Source: Azolla caroliniana
Taxonomy: Eukaryota > Plantae > Polypodiophyta
Assembly (NCBI GenBank): GCA_043228905.1
Contig: JBHGNT010000008.1
Span: 21,266,001-21,330,000, forward strand
Length of the DNA stretch: 64,000 bases
Reading direction: 5' to 3'
Part shown: positions 49,848-63,609 of the stretch, in pieces
Numbering within the stretch: position 1 is the stretch's first letter
Layout of the letters: every line of letters starts with the position of its first letter
Program-made: the position numbers and the translations under genes
The notes under the pieces: generated by a model
Told to the model about the DNA's origin: nothing
Seen by the model: only the letters and a program-made list of their open reading frames with translations
Database searches by the model: none

Positions 49848-52800
49848 TGTTACCGGTTAGGAACACGGTCTACGGTCAGTCCTTCGACCTAGACCTCAAA
49901 GTGACTGTGTGACAACGAATGGTAGCATCTGTGCGTAATACTTAGTGGGATACCTCCCATAACCTAGCAGGGTATAAGGGAGACAGCTACAACCGAGCTC
50001 CTTAGACAGTGGGCTAGCACACACACTGTTACTCACACCTACTCTCTTACAACTGTGCTACGCCACCAAGGATTACAGACACACAGTAGATTAACCACAG
50101 ATACGCACAGATATCAGAGAAGATAGGACTCTATTGAGATACGCCTTTTACATTCAAAATTACACGCTACCTCGATCAGAGGTTTTCTGCCCTTTATATA
50201 TGCAGGGTCTATTAGCCGTTTACGCTTCCCGCGTGAACCGTTTACATGCGTTACAATATTACTCTATTCCATATTACTGCGCTCTTGTCTATCGGTTACT
50301 ATTCCGATGGACAACACCTGGCACGCCTGTGGGACAGTGCTATGGCACATCGGACCCACCCCTTTAATCTTCCTCCAAAATGACCCTGATGTTTGTTTCT
50401 GCTACGGTGTCCATATCCGAGGACGGCGTAGGGCCCGTAGGCGCGTCGTTGTGTGCTTCCTCTGCTTGGTCGGGAGGTCTTCCCATGGTGTCGTTGTTGT
50501 CCTATGTGGGCGGTCCGGGTTCTATTGGCTCTTCTTGGGCTATTGGGGTTGGTTCAGCCGTCCGCGGGCTTGCGATAGGTTGCAGCTCTGTTTCATCCGT
50601 CACTTCCTCCATGATGTCGGTCGTCGTTGTATGCTCTGGAGAGTGGGGTTGCGGTTCCTCTTGGTCCGGAACGTCCTCCTGATGTCGGTCGTAAGCGTAT
50701 GCTCTGGTGGGTGGGGTTCCTCTTGGTCGGTGGTTTCGTTGTCTGGTATTGTGGGGGACTCCGCTCGTCGTTCTGTGCTGTTTACCGTAGTGGTAATTTC
50801 TGGTGACATGGCTTGAGGTTCCTCTTGTTCGGCAATATCCAGAAATGGTATTGCGATGGATTCCTCATTTGTTCGCGTGTTGCCGGCTTGCGTGATCTAG
50901 TGAAACAAGTCCTCCTGACTTTCGGCAAAATCCTCTAGTAGCCTCGCGAGTTCCTCGGAATGTTGGTCCGCTAGCGTGCGATAGTCCTGTGCTAGGTCCT
51001 CGCGTACTGCCGCAATGCTTTCCTCATTGAGTTTGTAGAACCCTCGGCCGTCTTTCCTTCGGTTCTCCCAGTCCGCTCGATACGTATGCAATTCCGCCGC
51101 TTGTGCAGCCCACGCCATCCATCCTTTGTCTAGCGCTGATTTTAACCTCTCCCGATTCGTTTGCAAAAGGATGTGCACGTTGTTTGTTATGGCTTGGCAA
51201 CGGTTGTGTGCTTCTTCTACAGATTTCTTGAGGTTTGCAATTTCTTGTTGACTAACCACAGCCACTTCCTCATAAGTGCTCCTCATTCCTGCCCAAAGCT
51301 GGGATTCCTTTGAATGTAGTCCTTCCAGTTTTCGCATTTCATTGTTCAGGAATATTTCTAGCTGATGCCTTCTCTCATGTTCTCCCACCAGCTACTCGTC
51401 GAACCATGCTTTCTTCTTCTCCAATAAGGCCCGGAGTCCCACAATTGCCGCTTCCGATTTTTTCACTTCCTCCCGTAATTGGGCATTTTCTTCTTTTGTC
51501 CGAGTGTGTTGTGTTCTCTCCGCTGCGAGTTTCTCTTCAAGGGTCTTCATTGCCTTTCGGCAGTTGGCCCGGATGTCCTTTTCTCTGTCCAAGGACTGGC
51601 GAAGTTCGGCGCGGAGACGGTCAATCTCTGATTCCGCTAGTTGCACGGCCCGTTTCGCTTTCGAGGCAATGGCGGTCTGAGCTTCAATTTCTTCCCTCTG
51701 GGCTTCTACGGCGTTGGTTATTCGTGTAGCTGCCTGTTGCGCCGTAATCGCGTTATTTTCCAACTCCGTGATGGGTTCATTGGCCTTTTGTAGATCAGTT
51801 TGGGTTAGTTTAACCTTTTTCCAGACATTTTTATTTTTAATCGCCATATCCTTGGCGCCCGTACTGACCTTTGCCAAGGGCCGCGTTTGAGAAGGGTAGT
51901 TCCATCCCTATTCAGCGTATACTGACGTTCCTCTGCCTGTCGACTCTGGCTAACTGATCCTTATCGTCGCTTTCCGCCGTTTGTGTTAACGCGCGCTCGA
52001 TCATTTGGCGCTCTGCGTGCTCCTCGGCCATTTGTTGTGAGACTTTTATCTATTGCGTTGCCAAGAATTCCATGAGTTCAAAAGTGGTTCCGAACTGTAA
52101 TAGTGCGCCAAACTCATGGGCCGTGTCCGGAATGTCCGAAATGTCCGGATACATCAGGACCTCGCTTTCTGCCGTCAATATGGCTTTCCCCCGTTGTGAC
52201 TAGGCTGTAATGATTGGTCGTGGTTCCCGGATTACTTCGAAGGTGGTGTTGGGTTCCGTAGCTACAGAGTTGTCATCCACGGTCATTGTCTCCGTGGCCA
52301 CGAGTGTGTCTTTAACTAACCCTCGCCCATCTTTCCTGTCCAGTCTCCGCCGCTTCTGGCTCCTGTGCCGCTTCCTCGGTGCGCTCCGCTTGCCCTTCCT
52401 GTGTTGTTCGCGTGTTCGGCTGGGCGGGTTGGGGTTCATCCTCCCACTTTGTGGTGGCTAACTCTACTAACCTTCGCTTCGCAGATCGAGGCGGCAGTGT
52501 GGGTTTGCTGGGCAGCGGTGCCGGCAGACCTCGGGATGGGAATACTATCGTCAGGTACTGTTGTATGATAGGCCTGAGCTTTTTGCCTCCTTGATACAGG
52601 TGCAAGCCTTCCCTTAACACCGGCCCCGTAATGACCCCCCAATCGACCGTACACCCTTCAAAGGTATCAATGATGATACCTGCCTTCTGCTTGGGCATCC
52701 CATATGCGTTTACATGTACGCATCTGATCTCCAACAGGAACTTGGTGATTTCGCTGAAAAAGGGATCTGGGATCTCCTTCGTTCTATATGCCTTGGCGGA

Positions 52801-55800
52801 TGACGAATATGGACCGAAATATCTCTGCAAGGATTCCATAGGAGGGATTTCGAAATGCCTTTCACCCAGTGATGACAGGTCCAACTTTTTCCCGATGGAT
52901 GAGTTGGTGACCGTGTCGATGTTGAGCTTTCTAGCGATGTCCAGTGCGTCAGGGTGTGGAGGTTCCTCAACGACCTTGATGTACCCATCCAAGCGTTTCT
53001 CCACGAGCCATCAACGCAAGGCGGTAGAGATGGATATCGGCATAGTGGGAATAGGCTCGTGGCTAGTGGGTGAAGACTATTGGTTGCGGCGGGCTTGAGC
53101 TCTGTGATAGGATGGAGAAGAGGGTGAGGGAGGGTAGCGATGAGAGCGTTGAGAGTTAGAAGGTGAGTCATCGTGGTGTTGCGTGTTCTTAGTCTAGAAG
53201 TTTGTCAATGCCTTAAGTCCTTTTAATATCATTGTTATCTTCTCTTTTTCTTTTTTCTTTTTTCTTTTTTTCTTTTTTCGTAATGGTTACATACAATACT
53301 ATTTTTACACTATTTTTACTCCGCGGATTCTCCGACTTTGTCCTATCCGGCGGGGAACAGGTTAGGTGGCGTAGGTCCCAGATAAGGTTTAAGGCGAAAC
53401 CCATTCACTTTCTGTCGTAACACTTCCTCGGCCAGTGTGCCCAGTTGAAATGTGCCTTGTTCTGCTCCTACTATCCAGTACGGGCATGTCCAGCGGAATC
53501 TCAATTTTCCTGGCATATGCCCCATGCATGTTTGGAAAACTAATACCGCTTTTCCAACAGTAAAATCTTTTTCACGCACATGCCGGTGTCGGTCAACGAA
53601 TGCTTTGCACCGCCGCTATTCCTGCTCTAATATGGCCATACTGCGTACCCTTGTTTCTCCTAGCTCTAACAGTCGTTGTAGCTGTATTTGTTCGGATTTT
53701 CCCTCTGGTAGTCGGGCTCGTATTTGAATCCGCAGGTTGGGTACCTGGAATTCAACTAGCATCACGGCCTCCAGACCAGATGCCAGCCTGAACAGTGTTG
53801 ATTGTATTTTGCTCTTATAGCTGGTACGGTATGGCCATAACGCACTATGCAACTTGGTGTCCCAATCTGTCCTGTTCTCATTGACTATCTTTTTGAGGAT
53901 AGTTTGGAGGGTTTTGTTCGTGGATTCCGCCAAGCCATTTGCCTGCGGGTAATATGGCGTACTTTTCTTGAACACCACCACGTAATGTTGGGTCAATTCG
54001 TTGATGACCGTATTCAGAAAGTGGTTCCCTTGGTCCCTAATGAGCTCGATAGGGCAGCCGAAACGACACCATATGTGTTCGTACAGGACTTTTGTCATGG
54101 TTGTCGTGGTATTCTCGCGTAGTGGTTTTGCTTCTACCCACTTGGTGTAGTAATCCGTAGCCACCAAGATGTACTTATTGCTTGTTCGAGCGGCCACCAG
54201 GGTAAAAGGTCCCACAAAATCTAACCCCCACTTTTGGAAAGGATCTAGTGGCAACAGTGGTTGGTGTGGCATTCTTGCGACTTATGTGGGCTGGCCCAGT
54301 CGTTGGCATAAATCGCATTGTCTGCAATATTCATACGCGTCCTTTTGCGTCGTCGGCCACCAACCAAATTTTCCAGGCCGTAACATCACCCCGTAATGTC
54401 CTCCCGCCATACCATAATGGGCTTCCAGTAGAACCGCGGTCTTCTCATATTGCCGTATTCCACGCCTCCAAATGTTGTCACTGCCCTTGTGGTATAGTAT
54501 GTCTTCCACTAAACAGAAATTTCGACTCCAGACGGCCAACCGTTTTTTCTCATCCGTCCGTAATTGGGGTGGCGGTAACCCCGTGGTCAGGAAGTAGGTC
54601 ATTTCCATGAGCCACCGATCTAGGAAGGTCTTTTCCGTTTGTTCTGTTAGCGTTGTTGTCTGCATAATGTCTACATCCGGAAAGTCGTCTTCATCCCTCT
54701 GCGCCATTTCTGCATTATCGAGTCTACTCAAAAAATCTGCCACTACGTGTTGCGTACCCAGGCAGTGCTGAATTACAAAGTCGAATTCTTGAAGCAGCAA
54801 CATCCATCTCGCCAATTTCCCCATCAGCGCTTGTTTCTCTACCAAATATAGCAGTGTCGAATGATCCACATGAAACGTGAATTTCCACCCTAGCAGATAA
54901 TGTCGGAACTTATTGATGTTGTAGATCATACCCAACGCCTCACGTTCCGTTGTGGAATAGTTATGCTCAACCGTTGATAATTTCTGACTAGCGTAGTACA
55001 CCGGTTGGTACCAATTCGGCTCCGTGAGGTGCATTAGCGCACTATCTATTGCTATGTCTGAGGCATCTACGAACACGTGGAATGGCTTCGCCCAAACTAG
55101 TGGTTGTACGACGGGTGCCTGCGTCAGCATTACCTTTAGCGCATCATATGCCTTCTCTTCCATAGTTGTCCACTAGAAGGGAGTCCGATGAACGGCGGCA
55201 TGTAACGGTGTGGCGAAGTTCGCCAAATAACGTATCATCCGATTGTGCCATCATATTTGCCCTAAAAACCAGCTGAGTGATTTCGCGTTTGTCGACGTTT
55301 TTGCGTGAGTAATCGCGGAGAATTTATTCGGATCGACCACTATCCCTTCCTTGCTGACTATATTGCCGAGGAGAGCCCCACTAGTAACGCCGAAGGCACA
55401 TTTGGCGGGATTCAGGCTTAAGCGTACGGTTAGGCAACGCTCCAGGCACAGTTGCAGATGTGTAAAATGGTCGGTTGTTGTCCCATATACCGCAAAATCG
55501 TCTAAAAAAACTTGCATGAAGGCCGGAATATGTTCCCCAAAAATCTTCGTGATTGTCCGTTGAAATGTCGCCGGCAGCGTCTTTAGCCCGAAAATCATGA
55601 CGACTACAACATAGACTCCCCAGTCCGTGACAAACGCCGTCTTCTCTTGGTCATCGGGGTGCATGCATACTTGGTTGTACGCACTGAAGCCATCTAAAAA
55701 ACTATACATGTCATGCCCCGCACGGCGTCCAGTACGCTATCAGTGAAAGGTAAAGGGAATGCGTCCGTAATGGTTATGACGTTTAATTTCCACTAGTCCA

Positions 55801-58800
55801 CGCATACCCGTATTTTGCCATTTTTCTTTGGTACGACTAATATCGGCCTTAACCCTATAGCTTGTTTAACTGGTCGTATGAATCCAGCCTTGAGGAGTTT
55901 GTCAATTTCTTCTTGTACGCAGGCCACGTAGTTTGGGTTCATGCGGTATCAACGCTGCTGGACTGGTTTCGCGGCGGTTGCTAAATTGATCTTATGTTGA
56001 TAGAACTTCGGATCTAACCCCTTCATGTCCTCGTGGGCCCTGGCTAACACATCTTTATACTTCCTGAATAGTGCTATCACTACGTCTCTCTGATCTGGCA
56101 TTAATTCTTTTGCGATGGAGAGGAAACGGGGTTCTGACGCCATACCCACGTTTACTTCTTCCAAGGCTTAGGCGGTGACTCGTCATGAAATTTCCATTTC
56201 CCTCTCGGACGCTGCCCGTGCTCTATACTTAGCTCTAATATTAACTCCGGGTTTGGTTCGTAAGCCTCGTCGTGGAGTGTAGCGGGCGTGGCATATTCCG
56301 CCGCGGTTTCGATGACGTTGATTTCGAACAACGGAATAATCCAAGGGTCCTCGTCTAGGTATACCTCTAATTCTGTATCATCCACCCCAGCCAACATATT
56401 TATATCCTTCGCGTACAATGGTGTTATGCCCTTGGGTTGTGTCGCCATTTCCTCTGTTGGTACGCGGACCTTGGTGCATCCGCGTCGAAAGTTGATACAC
56501 TTGTGTTGCCAGCTCTGCTTGATATTCGTTGAACAAAGACACGGCTTGCCCAACAACATAGGATACGCCCCTAGGGCGTCAAGGGCGAGGACTACCGCCG
56601 AGATGTCGAAGCGATGTCCTCCCACGATAATGCCTACCTTGTGTATCAACCCCAATGGTCGTACTGAGCGGGTATCTGCCATGCGAAGCCAAAACGGGCA
56701 AGCTTCCCATTCTGAAATTCTCAATTGTTCGCATGTCTTCACGCTAATTACATTCACGCCCGAGCCGCCATCGATTACGCATCCTGGGATTTCCTGACCA
56801 TGTAGTATCAACTTAATAGCCTGGTTGCGGTGATCTACCACTGTCGTTTCGTCGCTAATGTCCATCAAATTCGCGGCGACGCTTACCCCAGGTCTGCCCA
56901 TCATCCGCTCTTCCACGGCCTGGCGGAATCATGGGACTAGTTGCAGCAGCTTCTCCATGGTCAACATTATCTCGCAGCCTGTCAGTGCTTACCATATGGG
57001 GTCCGGAGATGGTCCCTCTTCCTCCAATAGTTCCACCGTGTTTGCGGACTCCTTCCGCATGCGCTCCGTATTTGCCGCGTTTGCTTTTTCAACCCATGCT
57101 TGGGTTGTCCACCCTATCTCATCTTGCGCAACCCAATCAGCATTTTTTGTTTGCTGACGTGTCGTGGCTTATCGTACTTCCGTCGTAATCGTATTGACGG
57201 CGGGCCCCTTGCCCTTGCGTACTAGGCATTGTGTGGCATAATGTTCGGGTTGTTGATAAACAAAACAATGGATGCTAGATTCGCCATTCTCGGCCCCTAG
57301 TGGTGTGTGCCGATCCCCAGGTATGACTTGCTCCTCCTGGTCCTGATTCGTTCATCGGAGCGTACGCGGTGGTTGTTGTTGGTCCCGGCGTGGTTCCTGG
57401 TGCCGGTCCCGATATTGACAATGCTTTCCGCGAGGCCCATTGAAGCCGCCACGTTTGTTCGTCGGACGGTAATTCTCATAGCGTCGGCCCCCTTTAGTAT
57501 TTCTGGGGTTGCCACGGTAGTCTTCATCCTCCGGCTCGTCTTCCTCGGAATTGTTGTGATTCCGGTGATTCCGGTAGTGCCGGTCATCGCGTGGGTTTCG
57601 ATCCATATACCGTGGTCATTCTTCTTGTCGCCTTTGTTCATTACGGCGTGGTGGACGCTGTGTTTCCATGTTGTGTATTGTGGGTGTGGTTATGTTCAAC
57701 ATATTGTACTCGCACTGCTCAACTGTATGACCTTTCGAGTGACAAATTTGATATTGGATTCGCATGTTGCATTCAACTGCGGAATGCCCCAAATTCAAGC
57801 AAATCGTGCACTGGATCGCTTGGCGAAAATGTCGTTCCTCATCCTGAGGTAATGCTTGTCGTAATTAGGACATGGAAAACCTTTCCTCTTCTTCGTCCAA
57901 CTCGAGCTGTAGTGCTCTTTCTATGACCATATCGGTCGTTTCCGTTTTCACACTATTGTTGTTGAGTGTTTTCTGTATGGGTCGGCGTAATGCTGCCAGA
58001 AATGTCTCCCTAGCCTCATCCTCCGTCGGGCCCCGTTCTAATTTCCACCGTAGATTTTGGAAGTGTCAATTGAAATCTACTACTGTCTCGGTCGGCAACT
58101 GTTTAATTGTGTAAAACTGCTTGAGGATTTCGCGTTGCAGCACCCTCCGATGAAAAATCCGCAGAAAGGCTGACTGTAGTTGGTTGAAGGTCGTAATTGC
58201 TGGCAGATCCATCTACGAATGCCAAAACGCCACTCTCCCATCCAAGGTTAATCCGAACCCCATCATTTTGGACTGGTGTGCTACTGCTTCGAAAAGGCTC
58301 TGCGCCATGTGGTTTGCATTCCAGACATTGAGGAACAGTCGGATGTGGGTTGCGGCATCAATTTTGCCGTTGAAGCAGGGATAAGCAAAGGCCATGCTGG
58401 GTGTTACGGCGGGTAGGGAAAGGCCACAGTGCTTTTGTGGTGAGCGCGCTTCCTGTGTATCGCCGAGGTATTTGTAGAGCGAGAAATCGTTTTTGTGGTC
58501 CCGACAGGTATCACTGAGGTCACTGAGGCGAGGCTTTTGCCGTGCGCGTTCCTCTACCTGGCGTGTGATGGACCTTATGATTGGTCGGTCTTGTGGTGTT
58601 GGTTCTCTGGGGCATCTACGGCTAAACATCCATTCATCATTGTTCGTCTATGCGAAGACACAAATCACCAAGCGTGCGAAAAGTGTTACCGATTAGGAAC
58701 ACGGTCTACGATCAGTCCTTCGACCTAGACCTCAAAGTGACTGTGTGACAATGAATGGTAGCGTTTGTGCGTAATACTTAGTGGGATACCTCCCCTAACC

Positions 58801-59150
58801 TAATAGGGTATAAGGGAGATGGCTACAACCGAGCTCCTTAGACAGTGGGCTAGCACACACTGTTACTCACACCTACACTCTTACGACTATGCTACGCCAC
58901 CAAGGATTACAGACACACAGTAGATTAACCACAGATACGCATAGATATCAGAGAAGATAGAACTCTATTAAGATACGCCCTTTACATTCAAAATTACACG
59001 CTACCTCTATCAGAGGTTTTCTGCCCTTTATATACGCAGGGTCTTTTAGCCGTTCACGCTTTCCGCGTGAACCGTTTACATGCGTTACAATATTACTCTA
59101 TTCCATATTACTGTGCTCTTGTCCATCGGCTACTATTCTGGTGGACAACA
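49848..59150 (-). mobile_element. Full-length decayed non-chromoviral Ty3/gypsy element with an extra ORF region after pol
   Basis: LTRs 49848-50316 and 58684-59150; TSD ATAAG/ATAAT (host ATAAT); gag knuckle CQICHSKGHTVEQC, protease VIDGGSGVN, RT SFLDGFS..FLDDF, RNase H VDASD..NYSTTEREAL, integrase WGLDFVGP..QANGLAE. Confidence 0.95.
50600..53100 (-). pseudogene. Additional sense ORF region downstream of pol (accessory domain + long coiled-coil)
   Basis: ORFs 52312-53004 (..IIIDTFEGCTVDWGVITGPVLREGL), 51392-51877 and 50897-51388 (helical, E/K/R/A-rich); broken by stops. Confidence 0.6.
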
Positions 59151-59329
59151 ATAATGGACCTAGGAATTTATGGTGCACATTTATGGTGCACATATCAATT
59201 TATGTTGCACTTTTATGGTGCTCATTTATATAATTAAAACTCTCTACTATTTTTAATGGTAGCTTTTTGCACACCTAATTAGCTATATTAAGGACATAGC
59301 TAATTGTTTCCACCCGCATGCTTTCACCC

Positions 59330-60468
59330 TCCTAGATTATAGGGCGGCAATAGCTAATTAGCTACATCTTAGCTAATTACCTATTCTTCTTAACTATGGC
59401 AGTAGCTAATTAGCTACCACTCTTGATATTGCTTAGCTAATTAGCTACATCTTAGCTAATTAGCTCCTAGACAATAGATTGGTAGTAGCTAATTAGCTAC
59501 ATCTTGGCTAATTAGCTATTCTACTTAAGTATGACAGTAGCTAATTAGCTACATCTTGGTTAATTAGATATTGTACTTAAGTATGGCAATAGTTGATTAC
59601 CTACCACTATTGATACTGCTTAGCTAGGCAGTATAACATTACATTGTAGCTAATTAGTTGCTATAATAGCTAATTACCTACTACACTTTATACCGCTTAG
59701 CTAATTAGCTACTACACTTTATAACCCTTAGCTAATTACCTACATTGTAGCTAATTAGTTACCACACATTATACGGCTTAGCTAATTAGCTACTACACTA
59801 TAGAATCAAGCAACAATTTTACCTATCAGTTTTCTCCACTCATTTGGGAGAGTTGTATTGCAATCCACCAAACAGACTACAACAATGCGATAGGCATATT
59901 GAAAACAAACGATATGGTATGTGTGATGGCATGGTCATAGTTGTACCAACAGAGTAGCATTTTTGTCCTCTACGCCTAAGCCACAAGCGATGCAACGTGC
60001 TTGAATAGTTAATATATCATTGCCTAGCTCTCCTTTGTTTGGTGAGGGAACAAGAATGTTGAGGTCCAATTCTTGTCTGCTCCTTACCATCGCCTCCACA
60101 AAATGTAACAACTTCTTTAGGCAACGAACTACCTGTTCTTGATGGAAGTATTGTTCCTAGAACGCAGTCGAGAAATTTACCGATTTATCATTCCTTAATG
60201 AGGAAGACAGAACAACAAGAAACAAGAACAACTTACCGATTTATCATTCCAAATTGTAATCAGCGACAATATTTATATGTAGAAGGTCGAGGTTCATTGA
60301 AAGAACCTGGATCTCTGTCTGCAGTTGTATTTTCCGTTGGGAATCCAATGGCCCCTCAATTTGGAGCTCATGTTGAGCAACATGTTCCAAATAATGCCTC
60401 ACTAAGCATATTTTCATGTACAAGTTATTTATAACATGTTACATACTAGCAAAACAATAGCTACCTGA
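59330..60468 (-). mobile_element. Right piece of the older Sola2-like copy: palindrome array (59345-59800) + RING-gene relic
   Basis: 59830-60468 colinear with 30380-31016; array linkers (AGCTACATCTTAGCT, CTATTCTTCT) match 20821-20940. Confidence 0.85.
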
Positions 60469-61255
60469 TGTCATGGATGAACAATTGGACATAAAGAGAT
60501 GGGGAAATTGATGAGATAGGAGATCGAGAAGTTGATGACAATGAGTAAAAATATCTATTCCATGACTGGTGTTGATCTCCTTGATGTTAACAAGGAAGAT
60601 CAACCCTTTTTATAGATGTAGCGATGCATGATAAGCATGGTCATGCCAAGTCTTACATACTATAATAACAAGCATACTAATTCTTGCATGCCAAGTCTTA
60701 CATATTGAGTCTTACATACTAGGTCTTACATATTGAGTCTTACATACTAGGTCTTACATATTGAGTCTTACATACCACTCTTTATACAAAGGTTTCAAGT
60801 CTAAAGTTAGTCTAGGAAAAATATATATATACAAGGGCCTAAGGTTCACATTCGAGTCGATGTTCATGACATTATCCACCCATTAAGTGTTGACTTCAAG
60901 AAGGTGCGGGTTTGTAAGGATATCGGAGATGAAAATCATGAACCACTTCCGGGCAATTTAGTAAATTTCTAGCGGGCTCCCATGTTGCATCAGAGATGGG
61001 ATATCCTTTCCATAATACAAAATACTAGAGCTTTTGTCGGCTCTTCCGTGAGTCCATAATGGTCTCGACTTCATATTCATCCCCAGTCACCAAAGCCAAA
61101 GGAGGAGGTAGCTCGATGCTTCTTCCTGGAATTGAGGATGGATGATAGAGTTGAAGAAGTGATGCATGGAAGACATTGTGAATTCGGTAGTGTGATGGAA
61201 GAGCAAGACGGAAAGCCACATGGTTAACTTTATCAATGATGCGGAATGGACCCCC
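60469..61255 (-). mobile_element. Chromovirus (gypsy) 3' end: integrase tail with chromodomain, PPT and LTR (60469-60871)
   Basis: [61 protein letters not shown] with internal 28-bp repeats. Confidence 0.85.
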
Positions 61256-63609
61256 GGGGACTCCACTATATATAAGAAGGTTGTATCACGTGCGTTCATG
61301 ACATCATTTATAAACCCCTTATACGTATGTTTTTTACTATTTTAGAGGCCCTTTTGTAAAAAAAAAGATTAATAAAAATACCCCCTATTACCAATATTTT
61401 TTTTGATAACCACCTATTTTAAATGCCCTTACATAGAAAATATACATGCACACATAGTTTCTAATCTAAGAAACCTAGAATGGATCTATGACCCTCTTTA
61501 CAATTGATGACTCACAAATTTGTGAAAGAACATTAAACAGCATATGCAATTTTGTAGAAATGCTTCATCAAGTACCACATAAATTGAAAACACAATGTGT
61601 AAAGTATATAGTAATGCACAAACAATTCAAAAACATTACCCAGAAACATTAGAGGTATATCATATATAAGTCACATATAAGTTCATGTCAATAGTTTATT
61701 TAAACATATGAAGAATATGAAGTGATAAAAAAGAATGTAATTTACAAAAAAATCAATCTTGAACTTGACATGCATATCTCAAAGAGCACACGTGGGACAA
61801 TCCAAATGCATATCAATAATGAAATTACTAACAAGTTAACATTATGTTTGGTTTAATAGATAAACTCATAAGAAGCCACTACATTATTTTTTCCCAAATA
61901 CATTGATCAAACAAATGACAACATATGTTATATTTCCATTTGAAATGTAAGACATCACACTATAAAAATGAGATAAAATTAATCATTTTGTTGTTCAATG
62001 TCTACTTAAAATACTTATTACAATAAAGGTTATCTTCATAAAGACCAACTATATAAATAGAAAACCCAAAGAAGCTTATTTTAGGTTATAAATTTCATGT
62101 AGTTTCTATCTTCAATGTTGGACCTGTATTATAGCCATGACATCACTCTACGCCCTCTCCACATCCTTGGTTTGTTTCATACTTTCTTTTTGAATCTCAA
62201 TAATATGACCTTTCAGGGAGGATGACGCTTGTTGCTCTCTTGGTTACTCGTTTCCTTCTAAGTAGTTAAGGAAAAGCAAAAGTTGCATTTCTATCAAAAT
62301 CAGTAACTCATAAACAGAATCATCATAAAAAATACCAAAATAGCTATTAAAGATCATTGATATAGGACTTCTATATAATTGGGTCCAAACAAAGCTCTTA
62401 TACTTTCTTTATGACAAAACAATCCAATCTTAGCTTATGTATTTCAAATATCAATGACTTACGTTCAAAATAAAATCTAAATTTTATCCAAAATATATTC
62501 TTTTCCAAATTTTTGGGGGTTTCAAATTTCCTACTGTAAAATTCAGAAACCTATTTGAGAATAAGTCAAGTTATTAATGTTCATAACGTGGGACACAAGT
62601 ATGTACCTACACCAATGGGCCTCATATAACTCTTATATGGTTTCTATAGATGATATATCATATCTAAGGCATCCTTGGAAAAATAATGCTTCAATTTCTC
62701 AACTTTAGTGTTACTACAAGACCATATGAGAACCATCGTATACTATCAATATATCAACCATATGTGTGCATATCCAAAACTATGAACATTTATGGTAAAT
62801 AATTATGAATAAATAGATCCACAACTATGAGGATTCATGATCAGTAATAAAAAAACAAATTTACATATTTTAGAACAACCTGGATAAAGATGTATGTTTT
62901 CTCTCTAGCGGAATTGTTTCTACCACCATCAAACAAGCAAGCAAGCAAATAAACATGGTTGACCACCAATGACAACTAACCGTTTTAAATAATTCAATAG
63001 AAATCTGGGATACAAAAGGTTGAGCCTATCCCCTCCACTCAAACAATCCTTGAGCATACATAGATGATACTCGAGCATCTAATAATGGCAATAAAAAAAG
63101 AATCTTCATAAAAATCAGAGAAGGCTCAATCAATACCATCATAATTATGAAATTATACAATAAACCAAAGTTTATATTACCTCTCGATATATGAGTTCCC
63201 TTACATCCTTTTTTGAAACTCTTCTCCTCTCGAATTCAAACTCCAACTTACTGATGGGTTACCTTAGCTAAGCCCTTGAAGTAATGATTTACTAAGGCCT
63301 TCACAAAAACTAGTAAAACTTTTAGGAATCTCTTCTTGGACTCAAACTAGAATAAATACAACCACAAACTGTACTTTCATATTCATCAAAGATGAAACAA
63401 GTTCAATGAGAGTGTACCTTCTTTGTAAAATAATAAGTTAATTATCTCTTGGCACCTAAAGATTGCAAATTGTGTGTTAAGAACATGAAATGTGTATATT
63501 TAAATAGATTACTATACTATCTAGAATATAGTCGTTGGGCTGTCATGAAATACAACTCTTGTCAATCCGAAATCACATATTTTAACCTTGCAATCAACAT
63601 TTGCAAGCA

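Larger units (their letters stand above)
33133..59329 (-). mobile_element. Second, inverted, decayed Sola2-like copy (right end lost) expanded by nested insertions
   Basis: TIR TGTTTCCACCCGCATGCTTTCACCC at 59305-59329; subterminal sequence homologous to 21044-21340 split by the gypsy element; minisatellite 48248-49790; transposase pseudogene; tail of the HAD-like gene at ~33133-33180. Confidence 0.88.

Noticed and set aside
61304-63600. Possible host gene exons
   Set aside because: AT-rich, no ORF of 60 aa or more in the track until 63562, and no motif I can support
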